Below, piece after piece: positions 63,576 through 64,000 of a stretch of DNA of 64,000 nucleotides. The stretch comes from Octopus vulgaris (taxonomy: Eukaryota). Each line of letters opens with the position of its first letter. Within the stretch, counting starts at the first letter, position 1. A program made the position numbers and the translations under genes. The DNA lies in contig OX597814.1 of the NCBI GenBank assembly GCA_951406725.2, positions 109,802,001-109,866,000 of the forward strand, given 5' to 3'. Under the pieces are notes generated by a model. That model had not been told where the DNA came from and searched no databases. It saw nothing but the letters and a program-made list of their open reading frames with translations.

Positions 63576-64000
63576 GTGGGCATAGCTGTGTGGTAAGAAG
63601 CTTGCTTTCCAACCACGTGGTTCTGTGTTCAGTCCCACTGCATGGCATCTTGGGCAAGTGTCTTCTATTAAAGCCTCAGGCCAACAAAAGAGACTAGCAG
63701 AATAAGTACTAGACTTATAAAGTCGATTTCTGCGACAAAATAAAAATAAACCTTTAAAGCTGTGCCCCAGTATGGCCACAGTCAAATGACTGAAACAAGT
63801 AAGAGAATAACGAATATAAAACAATCTTTAAACATACTTTCATGTTGTTTCCACCTTTATTTTTTAACTATATATATATATATACACATGTATGTATGTA
63901 TTGATATAGATATACATATATATACATATGTATACATATATGTGTGTGTGTACAGGCATACCTCAGCTTAAGTCATTCTGATTTAAGTCATTCTTGATTA

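Overview
Repeat-dominated, AT-rich eukaryotic DNA. The SINE/LINE families and the dense (AT)n/(CA)n/(ATC)n/(TAA)n microsatellites look like octopus (coleoid cephalopod) sequence; this is inferred from pattern recognition, not a search. Almost all ORF-track entries are microsatellite or repeat artefacts. One real gene, missed by the ORF track, can be spliced by hand on the minus strand. It has five exons (59440-59473?, 50920-51059, 48371-48529, 45348-45393, 40253-40313) and encodes a ~146-aa, probably secreted protein with four EF-hand loops; the candidate first exon is one base short of frame. The rest is decayed RTE, R4/Dong, CR1 and Penelope retroelements, Tc1/mariner and hAT elements, two probable solo LTRs, a Helitron-like end and several SINE families (labelled A, B, C and tRNA-head here). 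The most striking feature is a 407-bp insertion (47924-48330) with a perfect 14-bp target-site duplication. It is mostly a ~330-bp hairpin with a type I hammerhead ribozyme exactly at its apex. A sequence-unrelated, decayed element with the same architecture may lie at 6936-7143. The window also holds several Penelope-type minimal hammerheads, some with a recurrent non-canonical core, and many long fold-back structures. Repeat boundaries without TSD/TIR evidence are approximate, and not every SINE copy is listed.
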